The position numbers were made by a program, and so were the translations under genes. From positions 1 through 49,997 of IMG/VR virus record IMGVR_UViG_3300010381_000010: a stretch of 49,997 nt of DNA; one strand, written 5' to 3'. This DNA is from a virus. Its lineage: Duplodnaviria; Caudoviricetes. This document shows positions 34,802 through 43,542 of the stretch, one piece after another (the stretch's first letter is position 1; every line of letters begins with the position of its first letter). The notes under the pieces were generated by a model, which was not told where the DNA came from, made no database searches, and saw only the letters and a program-made list of their open reading frames with translations.

Positions 34802-35705
34802 GCTGCATCCTCCCTGCTCTCAATCGCTCCATCTCCTGGCGGCGCTCGAGGTCCTGACATTCCCGATAGGTCCGTGGCGTGGTTGGGTCGCGGGAAGGGC
34901 TGGCCCGGGCTGGAATCGCATTGAGCCAAACCCGATCCCGGAGATAGTTCGAGAGCTTCGGGATTTTCCCACGTTTCCACTGGTCGCAGTGTTTTCGCTG
35001 CTTCAGATCGTCCACGACCCTGGCTAGGGGGAATCCGTGGCGTATGGCCTGATAGGCCTTATAGGCCGGCACCACATCCACGTTTCCTCCGGCTTGCTGG
35101 TAAGCCGCCGCGAGGTCCTGAAACTCAAAGACGCAGTCGTTGAGGCTGGAAATCTCGGCTCCCGGCTGGGCGTCCGGGTCATCCTCGGGCGAAAGGGGGA
35201 GATTCGTCGCTCCATCCCCCCCCCTGGGGGGTAGGGGGGACACCCTGTTATTTAATTCTTCTCTTCTCTTATCTAATCTAGGTGTTTCCTGGCGTTGCGT
35301 GGCGTTACATGGCGTTACATTATCGCAACTCATCTTATTTTCTTGCTTTTTTCTTTCACGAAAAGCCTTAACCCTGGTGGCGCTGTTGTCTTCACGCTCA
35401 CGCTTGGGCTGCCGCTTATCCCAATTGGCGATCCTGTCCCCTTTGGTGAGATCCTTTGCCGCGAGTGCGCGGAGGATGGCAGCCGCGCCCCCTTCAGGGA
35501 GGTCAAAAGCCGCGTCGGCAGCCTCGCTATCGAATCCGGCGAATGATCCTCGCGGTTCGCATGAACTGGCCCTTTCAAGCATCATCGCCCACACAGCCAG
35601 CACGTCCGAGACGCGGATGCCCTCGACGTCCTTGGCGGCCTTTTTAGCCACCACCCGAAACTTCGGGTCTGTGCAGGATTCGTGATACCAGCGGAACCAA
35701 TCCAT
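34707..35705 (-). CDS. Phage replication initiator
   Basis: MDWFRWYH...DPKF, I.NW.KRQ.KRE..S..RV..FRE, internal repeats, PLPP linker. Confidence 0.8.
   Translation of the reverse strand: MDWFRWYHESCTDPKFRVVAKKAAKDVEGIRVSDVLAVWAMMLERASSCEPRGSFAGFDSEAADAAFDLPEGGAAAILRALAAKDLTKGDRIANWDKRQPKREREDNSATRVKAFRERKKQENKMSCDNVTPCNATQRQETPRLDKRREELNNRVSPLPPRGGDGATNLPLSPEDDPDAQPGAEISSLNDCVFEFQDLAAAYQQAGGNVDVVPAYKAYQAIRHGFPLARVVDDLKQRKHCDQWKRGKIPKLSNYLRDRVWLNAIPARASPSRDPTTPRTYRECQDLERRQEMERLRAGRMQHEQTGLGNDPHSTGRMQHAALPASAAPADRT
35290..35319. repeat. Iteron-like 10-bp tandem repeats in the initiator gene (candidate ori)
   Basis: TGGCGTTGCG TGGCGTTACA TGGCGTTACA flanked by AT-rich tracts. Confidence 0.55.
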
Positions 35706-35837
35706 TTCACGCTCCTACCTGAACCACACTGGCGTGTCCGCTGCACGGTGCAGGAGAAAAGAATCCCTTCAAGCCGGCTCGCCTCAAAGCGAGTGTCAGC
35801 ATATCCTTGCCGAAACCGCCACCAAGGAGGTCAAGCA

Positions 35838-36077
35838 TCACTGTCTCGCCTCCCCTCCCGGTGCCATCACAGCCGTCATGGCCATCACCTTGGCGTGCTC
35901 CTCGCGCTGGATTTGCTCGGTCGCCATCTTGAGCGCGTTCACGTCATCCTGAGAGACCCTGGAGGTATCGAAAATGACGCTGTGGCAGCCGCAACCAAGC
36001 CGAAGTTTTCCCGGCTTTGGGATTGACCACGTTATCGCCACGCCACACCCCGGGCAGATGAGAGTTTTTTGGGCCAT
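35838..36077 (-). CDS. Small Zn-ribbon protein
   Basis: CPGCG...CGC; GGAGG RBS. Confidence 0.55.
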   Translation of the reverse strand: MAQKTLICPGCGVAITWSIPKPGKLRLGCGCHSVIFDTSRVSQDDVNALKMATEQIQREEHAKVMAMTAVMAPGGEARQ

Positions 36078-36079
36078 AG

Positions 36080-36577
36080 CTACGCACCCCTCCGAAACAT
36101 GACGCGGCCAACAACGGCCTCTTCTGGGCGTATGCCCATGTCCCGCGCCCTAGCCTGCACGCAGACACGTTCGGCCGCGTCCGCGATTTCGGCCATGGCC
36201 GCGATGAGGACCTCGTATCGCTCGCCGGCGGCATCCAATCGTTTGAAGGCCGTCACGGCCAAGTCGAGGGAGACATGCCGCTGCAGCGGGGTAGCATCCG
36301 GCAGGGTAAGGTCTGTGAGCGGTCGCGCCCGATGAGAAAGACAGGCCGCCTGGAAGTGGAGCAGCCGCATATCCCGCGTGACATGCGAAAGCGGCACGAC
36401 CATAGCAGCATCGAAGCGGGCACCATTGTCGTCCGGGTTCACCTGCCGAGCGAGATTCGGATATTCCAAGCCCAGCTTTGATGCGATGGCCTTTGCCGGA
36501 AGGTCCTTGTTCCCGAAAACAACGTCGTGCAGCAGCACTTTGAAGTCGTGAATCCACTGGAGCATTTGAAAACCCAC
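36080..36577 (-). CDS. Phage regulatory CII-like protein
   Basis: AKAIA.KLG..Y.NL.R.VNP.D..ARF......PL...T.D; position downstream of cro. Confidence 0.7.
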   Translation of the reverse strand: MGFQMLQWIHDFKVLLHDVVFGNKDLPAKAIASKLGLEYPNLARQVNPDDNGARFDAAMVVPLSHVTRDMRLLHFQAACLSHRARPLTDLTLPDATPLQRHVSLDLAVTAFKRLDAAGERYEVLIAAMAEIADAAERVCVQARARDMGIRPEEAVVGRVMFRRGA

Positions 36578-36623
36578 TTGTAGTTATAATTTACGAGAGT
36601 GGTGTGATCGGTGATTGTTTGGC

Positions 36624-36869
36624 ATGGCCGATCAAAAACACCTCTCCGCGCATCCGCACCGTGACCCCGATTTCCCCGGCATCATTTTCCTGACCCTGCG
36701 CATCCGATCCGCCCTGGATATCCAGTTTAGAACCCGGAAACTCCCCGACAACCTCACGCCCCAGCAATGGCAGCGGGAGGCTGAACGATACGCCATCGAA
36801 CATTGGGATGGCCTGATCATGATGCAGATCGCGTTGCCCATCGGAGACTTTGGACGTGTGCACGGGTGA
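36624..36869 (+). CDS. Hypothetical protein
   Basis: 81 aa downstream of TATAAT at 36585-36590 and upstream of the WYL gene. Confidence 0.45.
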   Translation: MADQKHLSAHPHRDPDFPGIIFLTLRIRSALDIQFRTRKLPDNLTPQQWQREAERYAIEHWDGLIMMQIALPIGDFGRVHG

Positions 36870-36941
36870 CCCCTTTATTTCCGCCCCTCCTCCCGGTATT
36901 GGATAGGTGCAACCCAAACCCAAACCGAGAGGAGAAGCGAA

Positions 36942-37238
36942 ATGCTTATGCAGGAAATCGCAGGTGCTATCCGAAACAGCCAGACGATCAACCTGTGGTA
37001 CAACGGAGGGATGCGAACTGTTGAGCCGCATTGCTGTGGTTATGGCACTGATGGTCAGGAGCTTCTCCGCTGCTGGCACGTATCCGGTCACAGTCAAAGC
37101 GGAAAACAACCCTGGTGGAGACTTTTTCGCCTCGACGAAATGCGCAACGTCACCATTGGAGAAGCGTTTTCCGGGACCAGACCTGGCTACAATCCACATA
37201 GCGATAAACACATCCCGAGGATCGTTGCTAAACTTTAA
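36942..37238 (+). CDS. Stand-alone WYL domain protein
   Basis: AI......Y...R.VEPH..G.......LR.W........WRLFRLD.M...F...RPGYN; GAGGAG RBS. Confidence 0.8.
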   Translation: MLMQEIAGAIRNSQTINLWYNGGMRTVEPHCCGYGTDGQELLRCWHVSGHSQSGKQPWWRLFRLDEMRNVTIGEAFSGTRPGYNPHSDKHIPRIVAKL

Positions 37239-37461
37239 GCCCACAGTCGCAGGGGCCGGCCGGTAACGCTGGTGTATTGTTGATGGCACAGTCCGACATG
37301 TGGAAGTCGCGACACTGGCAGCTGGCGCAGTCCCCGCCGTAGGTTGCCTTGCTCGTCGTGGCGAGTTCCCGCAGGCCCTCGACGATCTTTTCGAGGGCCT
37401 GCCGTTGATCCGATGTGTCCGGTTCGATGATCCAGCCCATACCGTGTTCTTTGATGGTCAT
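37228..37461 (-). CDS. Small Cys/His-rich phage protein
   Basis: HMSDCA.NN.PA.PAGPCDCG motif; AAGGAAG RBS. Confidence 0.6.
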   Translation of the reverse strand: MTIKEHGMGWIIEPDTSDQRQALEKIVEGLRELATTSKATYGGDCASCQCRDFHMSDCAINNTPALPAGPCDCGLKV

Positions 37462-37478
37462 GATGGCTTCCTTCGCGG

Positions 37479-37736
37479 TTAGGCCGCGGCTTCATTCATT
37501 TGAGCCAGGAATTTGGCCCGGCACGTTTCACAAATGGGTAGGCCGCCAGCCCCGCGCAGGCTCGGCCAGTGATGGCAGACGGCTTCCTGGTGGCAATACG
37601 AGCACGTGTCCGGGTAGCTACTGCCGGGGAGCTCCAGGCAGGGCCGGCAGATGATGAGCGTGTGGACGATTCGCACCCCTGGCGGATCGCTGCCGCAGAG
37701 GACGCAGTGGCAGGGCCGCGGATGACGAGCCATCAC
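37479..37736 (-). CDS. Small multi-CxxC protein
   Basis: Several CxxC pairs; coupled to the cro stop. Confidence 0.5.
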   Translation of the reverse strand: MMARHPRPCHCVLCGSDPPGVRIVHTLIICRPCLELPGSSYPDTCSYCHQEAVCHHWPSLRGAGGLPICETCRAKFLAQMNEAAA

Positions 37737-37984
37737 GCAGCCTCCCCGGGGGGTTGAGGTTCAGAAGAAGACGCAGATGGAAGGGGATGGCCATCAAGAA
37801 CGAATCTCCCGATTTTAGCGCTGACATCAACGCCACACCGGAAGCGTCCTCGTTTCCCTTTCCACGGCCGTGTGATGGACTGAACAGCCACCCCGGCGGC
37901 CTCGGCTAAGTGGCTGGCGACAGGAGCCCCGGGGGTCGAAAAATACCGCACAAGGTCTTCTTGGGTGACAATCCGGGTGTTCAT
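37733..37984 (-). CDS. Cro-like HTH repressor (apparently leaderless)
   Basis: LAEAAGVAVQSITR HTH; divergent from cI; ATG 6 nt after the -10 box. Confidence 0.7.
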   Translation of the reverse strand: MNTRIVTQEDLVRYFSTPGAPVASHLAEAAGVAVQSITRPWKGKRGRFRCGVDVSAKIGRFVLDGHPLPSASSSEPQPPGEAA

Positions 37985-37990
37985 GGGGAA

Positions 37991-38056
37991 ATTATGTAGA
38001 CACACATCTAAATTGTCAACGCAATAGCTAGATATAGATCTATAGACAATTATCTA
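37991..38056. promoter_or_regulatory. OR/PR switch: three TAGA-N6-TCTA operators and minus-strand TTGACA-N17-CATAAT promoter
   Basis: Operators 37997-38010, 38029-38042, 38043-38056; -35 at 38014-38019, -10 at 37991-37996. Confidence 0.85.
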
Positions 38057-38077
38057 CCTTTCTGCTCAAGTGAAAAT

Positions 38078-38716
38078 ATGGGATTCACACGAGACCTACT
38101 CGCGGCCATCAAAAAGGCCCATAAAGAGCGCTTTGGGGGCGTAGACTCCCGCCTTGCCGAGGCTGCTGATTATGACAAGACCGGCTTGGGTCGAATGCTA
38201 AAAAAAGAAACCCTCCCCAAGTTTGAAGCATTGGGTCGGCTGGCAGATGCATGTGGATTGCGAATTATTGAGGACGATGAGCCGGATGAGACAAAATATG
38301 TTTTTATACCTAAGGCAAGAACCAAACTGGCAGCTGGTGGAGGTTCTCTTGAAACAAGTGGTGAGATTGAAGGGTCACTTGCATTCTTGAGACACTGGAT
38401 AACAAGTAAAGGAGCTAATCCTAACAATTTGAAGGTAATGAGTGTTTTTGACGACTCTATGTCTCCAACAATAGATGATGGAGACATTGTACTTATCGAT
38501 GAAAGCGATGATGCAAAAAAACTAATTGAATACAAGGTATACGCCATCAGATGGAGAGGAGAACTTTACATAAAAAGATACAAAAAAACACCAGATGAGC
38601 ATCTTTTTGCAGGTGACAACGAACGTAAAAGACACAAGGATGTCCATGTCCCTTTTGAAGGGCAAGATGACTTTGCAATTTTAGGTAAAATTTTATGGGC
38701 AGGAAAAGAGCTTTAA
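38078..38716 (+). CDS. cI: CI-like repressor with S24 peptidase domain
   Basis: N-terminal HTH; AAGGG cleavage-site region, DSMSPTI.DGD.VLID, YIKR, ILGKILW. Confidence 0.9.
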   Translation: MGFTRDLLAAIKKAHKERFGGVDSRLAEAADYDKTGLGRMLKKETLPKFEALGRLADACGLRIIEDDEPDETKYVFIPKARTKLAAGGGSLETSGEIEGSLAFLRHWITSKGANPNNLKVMSVFDDSMSPTIDDGDIVLIDESDDAKKLIEYKVYAIRWRGELYIKRYKKTPDEHLFAGDNERKRHKDVHVPFEGQDDFAILGKILWAGKEL

Positions 38717-38747
38717 AGAGGAAAAGTAAAACATATTAAACCGGAGC

Positions 38748-39026
38748 ATGGTCATGAAGAGTCTTCTTCTTGTGCTGGCCTTGGTTTTAATCCCCGCATC
38801 TTCCTTTGCCGTCACGGACCAGCAGGTCCGCGATATGATCATCAAAGAGTCGCTTCAGTCTTACCCTGGCAACTGCCCCTGCCCCTACAACACCATGCGC
38901 AATGGACGGCGTTGTGGGGGGCGAAGTGCATACAGCCGGCCGGGCGGTCGGTCGCCGCTCTGCTACCCAAAAGATGTCACTGACAAGATGGTCAAGACTT
39001 ATCGCGAACAGCATCACGTGAAATAA
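38748..39026 (+). CDS. Exported small Cys-rich protein
   Basis: Signal peptide; YPGNCPCPY...G.RCGGRSAYSRPGG..PLCY. Confidence 0.8.
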   Translation: MVMKSLLLVLALVLIPASSFAVTDQQVRDMIIKESLQSYPGNCPCPYNTMRNGRRCGGRSAYSRPGGRSPLCYPKDVTDKMVKTYREQHHVK

Positions 39027-39046
39027 AAGCGATGCCAGGAACTTAT

Positions 39047-39793
39047 ATGCGAATTTTTACACTGCTTTTAGCGATTCTTGCTCTTTCAATCCCCGCATGG
39101 GCCGTCGGTAATGGCAACACTCAAATTGACTCGTTCAACAAAACAAAGAAACTTCTCGAGCAAAAAATCTACTACGATCACCGTCAAACGATATATTGTG
39201 GTGCTGAGTATGACGAAAGAAAGAATGTTACTCTCCCATCAGGATTTCATACGGATAAGCATGTCAAGCGGTGTGGCAGGATAGAATGGGAACATGTTGT
39301 CCCAGCTGAAAATTTTGGGAGGACATTTACAGAATGGCGCGATGGCGATCCTCAGTGCGTGGACAATAAAGGGAAAGAATTTAAAGGGCGAAACTGCGCA
39401 TCTAAGGTGAGCATGGAATATAGATACATGCAAAGCGACATGTACAATCTTTACCCGGCAATAGGTTGTGTTAATGCAGAACGGAGCAATTTTAACTTCA
39501 CCATGTTGCCATCCGCCGCATCAAGTTTTGGCTCCTGTCCCATGAAGATTGAGGAAAATAAGGTTGAGCCCCCTGCAAATGCACGCGGAAGAATCGCCAG
39601 GACATATAAATATATGCAGTGGGCGTACCCACGCTATAAAATGAGTAAAGCTCAAAACAAGCTAATGGACGCCTGGGACAAAATGTACCCCATCACTCCC
39701 TGGGAGTGCACACGGGCAAAGCGAATAGAGTCAATACAGGGCAACCGCAACCCGTTTGTCGCGGAACCATGCGCAAAACAGGGGCTACAGTAG
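39047..39793 (+). CDS. endA: Endonuclease I (EndA/Dns/Vvn family), exported
   Basis: Signal peptide; T.YCG, RIEWEHVVPA..FG, DM.NL.PAIG.VN..RSN, EPP..ARG.IAR.Y.YM, AWDK.YP...WEC.R. Confidence 0.92.
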   Translation: MRIFTLLLAILALSIPAWAVGNGNTQIDSFNKTKKLLEQKIYYDHRQTIYCGAEYDERKNVTLPSGFHTDKHVKRCGRIEWEHVVPAENFGRTFTEWRDGDPQCVDNKGKEFKGRNCASKVSMEYRYMQSDMYNLYPAIGCVNAERSNFNFTMLPSAASSFGSCPMKIEENKVEPPANARGRIARTYKYMQWAYPRYKMSKAQNKLMDAWDKMYPITPWECTRAKRIESIQGNRNPFVAEPCAKQGLQ

Positions 39794-39840
39794 AGCAGGC
39801 TGGAGGTCTATTGAAAGCCCGTTGGCGTATACTCGGACGC

Positions 39841-40098
39841 ATGTGGCTTTTCGCGATTGCCGTAATCGCAGCGGTGGCCCTCTTTGATCCGCACCAAGAG
39901 CCTACCCGACCATGGATGCATGGACGTGTAGTTGAGGTGATCAACGACCACACATTCGGGTTCCAGCAGGAGGGTAAGGATTTCTGGTTTACTATGCGGG
40001 TAGAGGGGCGGCAAAGCCTTGGGATTGGGCAGATGGTTGAAGTCCAACCAATCGCATTTACTAAGGAAGGAATAATGAAGGCGCGGGTGCGTCAATAA
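39841..40098 (+). CDS. Small membrane-anchored protein, possibly a degenerate thermonuclease-like OB fold
   Basis: Hydrophobic N-terminus; GRVVEVINDHTF resembles G.V..V.DGDT; start uncertain. Confidence 0.45.
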   Translation: MWLFAIAVIAAVALFDPHQEPTRPWMHGRVVEVINDHTFGFQQEGKDFWFTMRVEGRQSLGIGQMVEVQPIAFTKEGIMKARVRQ

Positions 40099-40129
40099 TG
40101 GGCGCAAGGATTAAAGCGGCGCTGCAAAT

Positions 40130-40555
40130 TCACCTATTAACTAATATCAAACCAATAATACAAAGGAGAACTCCGACAAAATTAAGTCTTGTAAAACTCT
40201 CCTTATAAATCAAGAACCCTATCGGAAGAAGGCAAACTGCGACGGTTATATTAGACACAATTGAAGCAACATTTATATTCCAACCCAATCTGTAGGCGAG
40301 TAAAAAACCAACCTCTAGGCCAACAACTGCGAATCCCAAAGCGACACTTGGCCAAATTGATAGTTTTAGCTGCCCAATGAGCGGTGTATTTGATGGATAA
40401 AATGGAAATAAAACTAAAGAAAAAATTATTGCTGTGATATAAGTTATAACAAGTGAAATAAATGGGTTAAATTGCTGTGGTATTGACTTTTGGAATACGT
40501 GGTAAAGAACATTTGACAAGACAACTACGCCGATAGGCAGATAATAATTTCCCAT
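40130..40555 (-). CDS. EamA/DMT family transporter (single repeat)
   Basis: 141 aa, about five TM segments; YH..QKS, GLE.GFLLAYR.GW, G.L.YKE, G..LC..GL. Confidence 0.85.
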   Translation of the reverse strand: MGNYYLPIGVVVLSNVLYHVFQKSIPQQFNPFISLVITYITAIIFSLVLFPFYPSNTPLIGQLKLSIWPSVALGFAVVGLEVGFLLAYRLGWNINVASIVSNITVAVCLLPIGFLIYKESFTRLNFVGVLLCIIGLILVNR

Positions 40556-40593
40556 TTAATGTGTCCCTTCTTTAAAATATAAGGATACAACAA

Positions 40594-41484
40594 ATGCTAG
40601 ACAACAATTTGCTAGAGGCATTTGGTCTAGTCCTTGATTGTGGCGGCTTCGAAAAGGCTGCAAAATCATTATTCATTTCTCAATCTGCTGTCTCGCAACG
40701 TATTAAACAACTCGAAGACTATATGGGACAAGTCCTTATTGTAAGGACATCCCCCCCCAGGGCCACCTCTGCAGGTAGACAGCTTTTTAAACACTACAAG
40801 CAAGTTAAGTGCCTAGAGAATGAGGTACTATCTAATGTACTCTCCGGTGCAAAAAATAAATACACAGTGCTTACTGTCGGCGTTAATGCTGACAGTCTGG
40901 CAACGTGGTTTTACGACATTATCAGCGAATTTACAATTAAAAACAATGTGTTAATCAATATAATCGTTGACGATCAAGATGAAACTCGTAAGTTACTTAA
41001 AAATGGCGAGGTAGTTGGATGCATTAGCGCAAGCAATGAACTTATTCAGGGATGCTCGTATCATTACCTCGGAAGTATGCAATATAGTTTTGCTGCAAAT
41101 AAAAACTTTTGCCAAAAATGGTTTGGGAATGGTGTCAGTTACGACAGCGCCGCAGACGCTCCAACTGTAATGTTTAACACAAAAGATAACCTCCACTATA
41201 AATTATTCAAAAATATTTTTCAAAAGATTCCACCAGAATTTAACACTCATTACATGCCCTCACCAGAGCGATTACTCGACGCCGTCTTATCTGGATTGGG
41301 TTATGGCGCGGTTCCTAATATGCAAGCGGATAAATATTTTAAAAACGGTGAACTTGTTGACATCTTTCCAGGTGTATATATCGACGTCAACCTTTACTGG
41401 CATTGCTGGAATATTGACTTCAATTATTTGAAGCAATTCACTTCTGAAATCCAAATAAAATCACGTGAACTGCTAACCCATTAA
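40594..41484 (+). CDS. argP: LysR regulator, ArgP/IciA subfamily
   Basis: GFEKAA..L.ISQSAVSQRIKQLE, VNADSLATWF, DDQ, G.V.GCIS, LYWHCW. Confidence 0.88.
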   Translation: MLDNNLLEAFGLVLDCGGFEKAAKSLFISQSAVSQRIKQLEDYMGQVLIVRTSPPRATSAGRQLFKHYKQVKCLENEVLSNVLSGAKNKYTVLTVGVNADSLATWFYDIISEFTIKNNVLINIIVDDQDETRKLLKNGEVVGCISASNELIQGCSYHYLGSMQYSFAANKNFCQKWFGNGVSYDSAADAPTVMFNTKDNLHYKLFKNIFQKIPPEFNTHYMPSPERLLDAVLSGLGYGAVPNMQADKYFKNGELVDIFPGVYIDVNLYWHCWNIDFNYLKQFTSEIQIKSRELLTH

Positions 41485-41492
41485 TATACGAG

Positions 41493-41732
41493 TCATCCAA
41501 CCTCTTCCATGTCGGTATTTTTTTCTGTTATTTTTTCAAGAGCACGCCGCAACGTCTCGACAGCTTCGTCACGTATACCAATACAGCCCTCCACTCCATT
41601 TTCATATCGAAAACGCAACAATGCCATTTTTTGTTCCCGGGAAATTATTGGTTCCATAAACTTAGCGATAAACGGGATGAGATATTCAGTCTGGGACATG
41701 GGAACCTCCATCTGTTTTTTTGCAATTATCAC
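41493..41732 (-). CDS. Small hypothetical protein
   Basis: 79 aa (alternative start at 41699 with GGAGG RBS) downstream of the radical SAM gene. Confidence 0.5.
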   Translation of the reverse strand: MIIAKKQMEVPMSQTEYLIPFIAKFMEPIISREQKMALLRFRYENGVEGCIGIRDEAVETLRRALEKITEKNTDMEEVG

Positions 41733-41761
41733 TACATCACGTTATGATAATTCCCTTTCAC

Positions 41762-42904
41762 TTACATCCGATATTTTGACAGCAACTTTTCCGCGATTAT
41801 CTCTGATATCCTACTAGGCAGACTTGCGTCTCGAAACGAAGCCAACTCATTCTGTTTTTCTGTTTCATATATACTCCTACATTCACACTCTAAGTTTAAA
41901 ATATCTTCAATACTTTTGTGAACATTAAAATTATTTATTGCTTGATACAATTCACCATTACACCGATAGCAATTGCTGACGTAAAGCTTCGGTGTTGGGT
42001 AAAATTCAAACCCACCAATACGTAATTCAAAGTCAAGTTTTTTGATTAAATTTTGCGCTTCAATTACGATATCTCTCAGCATCCACCCGCTTGGTATCTG
42101 GTAAATTCCTTCTGAATAAAAATAATCTACCAACGTCCACTTTTGTATACTTGTCGGCTCCAGCGAAACAACATCAGTCAGCCCATTTATCTTTTCCAAA
42201 CTCGATATTACATCAGCAATTGATTCGTTTATTGTCAAAAAAAGTGGCTTTACTGTTATATACGTCAACAACTTAAATTTATTTTTTTTAACAACTTTTG
42301 CTGCACGAGCATAATCTTCAAATGAGAACCCTTTGTTTATACAAAGGTCACGAACCACTTCAGAACTTGACTCGAGACCGATCCCGATTTCAACCGATGT
42401 ATTCTTCAATAAATTTTGCACCACACTCATTGATTCTTCTGTAACAAATTCAGGCCTACTTTCTATGATGACATGCTTTATTTTACTATTGGAATCAATA
42501 ATCTTTAATATTTCCGAGAAATCATAGTCACGTATTTCTTCGCGGCTCAACAATGATCCAGCGTTATAAATACACACAATCGGGTATTCTTTAAAATCAT
42601 ATTTTTCATAGGCACTTTTGAACTGCTGAAGGTGATATCCTTCTGGCATGAGATCGCCTTTTGTTGTGCCGTGGAAATGGCCACACATGGAGCAGCCTCC
42701 ATAATCTAGTTTACACCACGAGCATCCTATACCTCTCAGATAAAATATTATCCTTTTCACCTGCTTACCATCTAAGTACCCTGTACTTATTGATGATCCT
42801 GCTATCTTAGTCAATTCATAGTTATTAGATGAATACGGAGAAATATTCTTAAGCTTTTGAATCATATGAGTTAATACGCGATGTTCATTAGTTATCGCTT
42901 CCAT
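41762..42904 (-). CDS. Radical SAM enzyme, RaSEA/TIGR01210-like
   Basis: LRGIGCSW....GGCSMCG, IYNAGSLL, IESRPEFVTEE, VEIGIGLES......INKG, KP.FL, TLV, SNCYRCN...CEC; GGAGAGG RBS. Confidence 0.8.
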   Translation of the reverse strand: MEAITNEHRVLTHMIQKLKNISPYSSNNYELTKIAGSSISTGYLDGKQVKRIIFYLRGIGCSWCKLDYGGCSMCGHFHGTTKGDLMPEGYHLQQFKSAYEKYDFKEYPIVCIYNAGSLLSREEIRDYDFSEILKIIDSNSKIKHVIIESRPEFVTEESMSVVQNLLKNTSVEIGIGLESSSEVVRDLCINKGFSFEDYARAAKVVKKNKFKLLTYITVKPLFLTINESIADVISSLEKINGLTDVVSLEPTSIQKWTLVDYFYSEGIYQIPSGWMLRDIVIEAQNLIKKLDFELRIGGFEFYPTPKLYVSNCYRCNGELYQAINNFNVHKSIEDILNLECECRSIYETEKQNELASFRDASLPSRISEIIAEKLLSKYRM

Positions 42905-43246
42905 AGCATTACCTCTCCCTAAAGTTGCATCACCCGTTGATGGGTATTGTTTATGTTCATGCCCTTGGGAAATCAAATCAGTAGTTTTTATACACCATTA
43001 GCAATTCTTATTTCATATTGAACAAATCAGTGTTTCTTGAACAAGTACTCATGCTAACCACCCGATATTATAATGGTATGACTAGACGCTCTGTTTGAAA
43101 GCGCCTCGTCCTCAGCAGCCAACGCTTCGGATGGATACACATCCACCCGAGCACTCTCCCTATCCCGTCCATCGCCTCGTCAACCTAGCTCATAGTCTCC
43201 CGACAGCGCACAATTATACGCAAGTTATCATGTATTTTCAGTATAT

Positions 43247-43295
43247 TAGATTTATATCTATTAATTATTGACAATTCTAGACTTACGTCTATTAT
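43247..43295 (+). promoter_or_regulatory. OL/PL: two TAGA-N6-TCTA operators and TTGACA-N16-TATTAT promoter
   Basis: TAGATTTATATCTA 43247-43260, TAGACTTACGTCTA 43278-43291; -35 at 43268-43273, -10 at 43290-43295. Confidence 0.85.
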
Positions 43296-43504
43296 TTGCA
43301 TCAACGACGCCCACCACGAACCGAACGCACCGCGCCAATCTGGCCGGAGCCAGTAGCGAACGGGTGGGCGGGCCGGAACCAAGCCAGACGCCAAGAGCCG
43401 GATAACCGGGATGACGAGCCCAGCCAGAGGCGGGACGCTCCCAAAGGGACGGAAGGACGCAAAAGGCGAGGGGAAGGCAGGTATTAAGGCTAATTGAAGA
43501 ACTG

Positions 43505-43542
43505 AACTTGTAAGGAATCCTTACAGGTTGGCTCTTTGAAAA
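43505..43542 (+). promoter_or_regulatory. Hairpin plus boxA-like antitermination element
   Basis: AACTTGTAAGG-aat-CCTTACAGGTT followed by GCTCTTTGAAAA. Confidence 0.5.

Noticed and set aside
35707-35838. 43-aa minus-strand ORF coupled by TGATG upstream of the initiator
   Set aside because: Fills the gap neatly but has no motif support, so it was not called
36591-37289. 232-aa minus-strand ORF
   Set aside because: Overlaps the clearly recognisable WYL gene on the opposite strand and has no recognisable features
41762-42904. Complete 7-deazaguanine (dG+) DNA modification system
   Set aside because: No dpdA, folE, queC/D/E or arcS in the window; only the RaSEA-like gene is present
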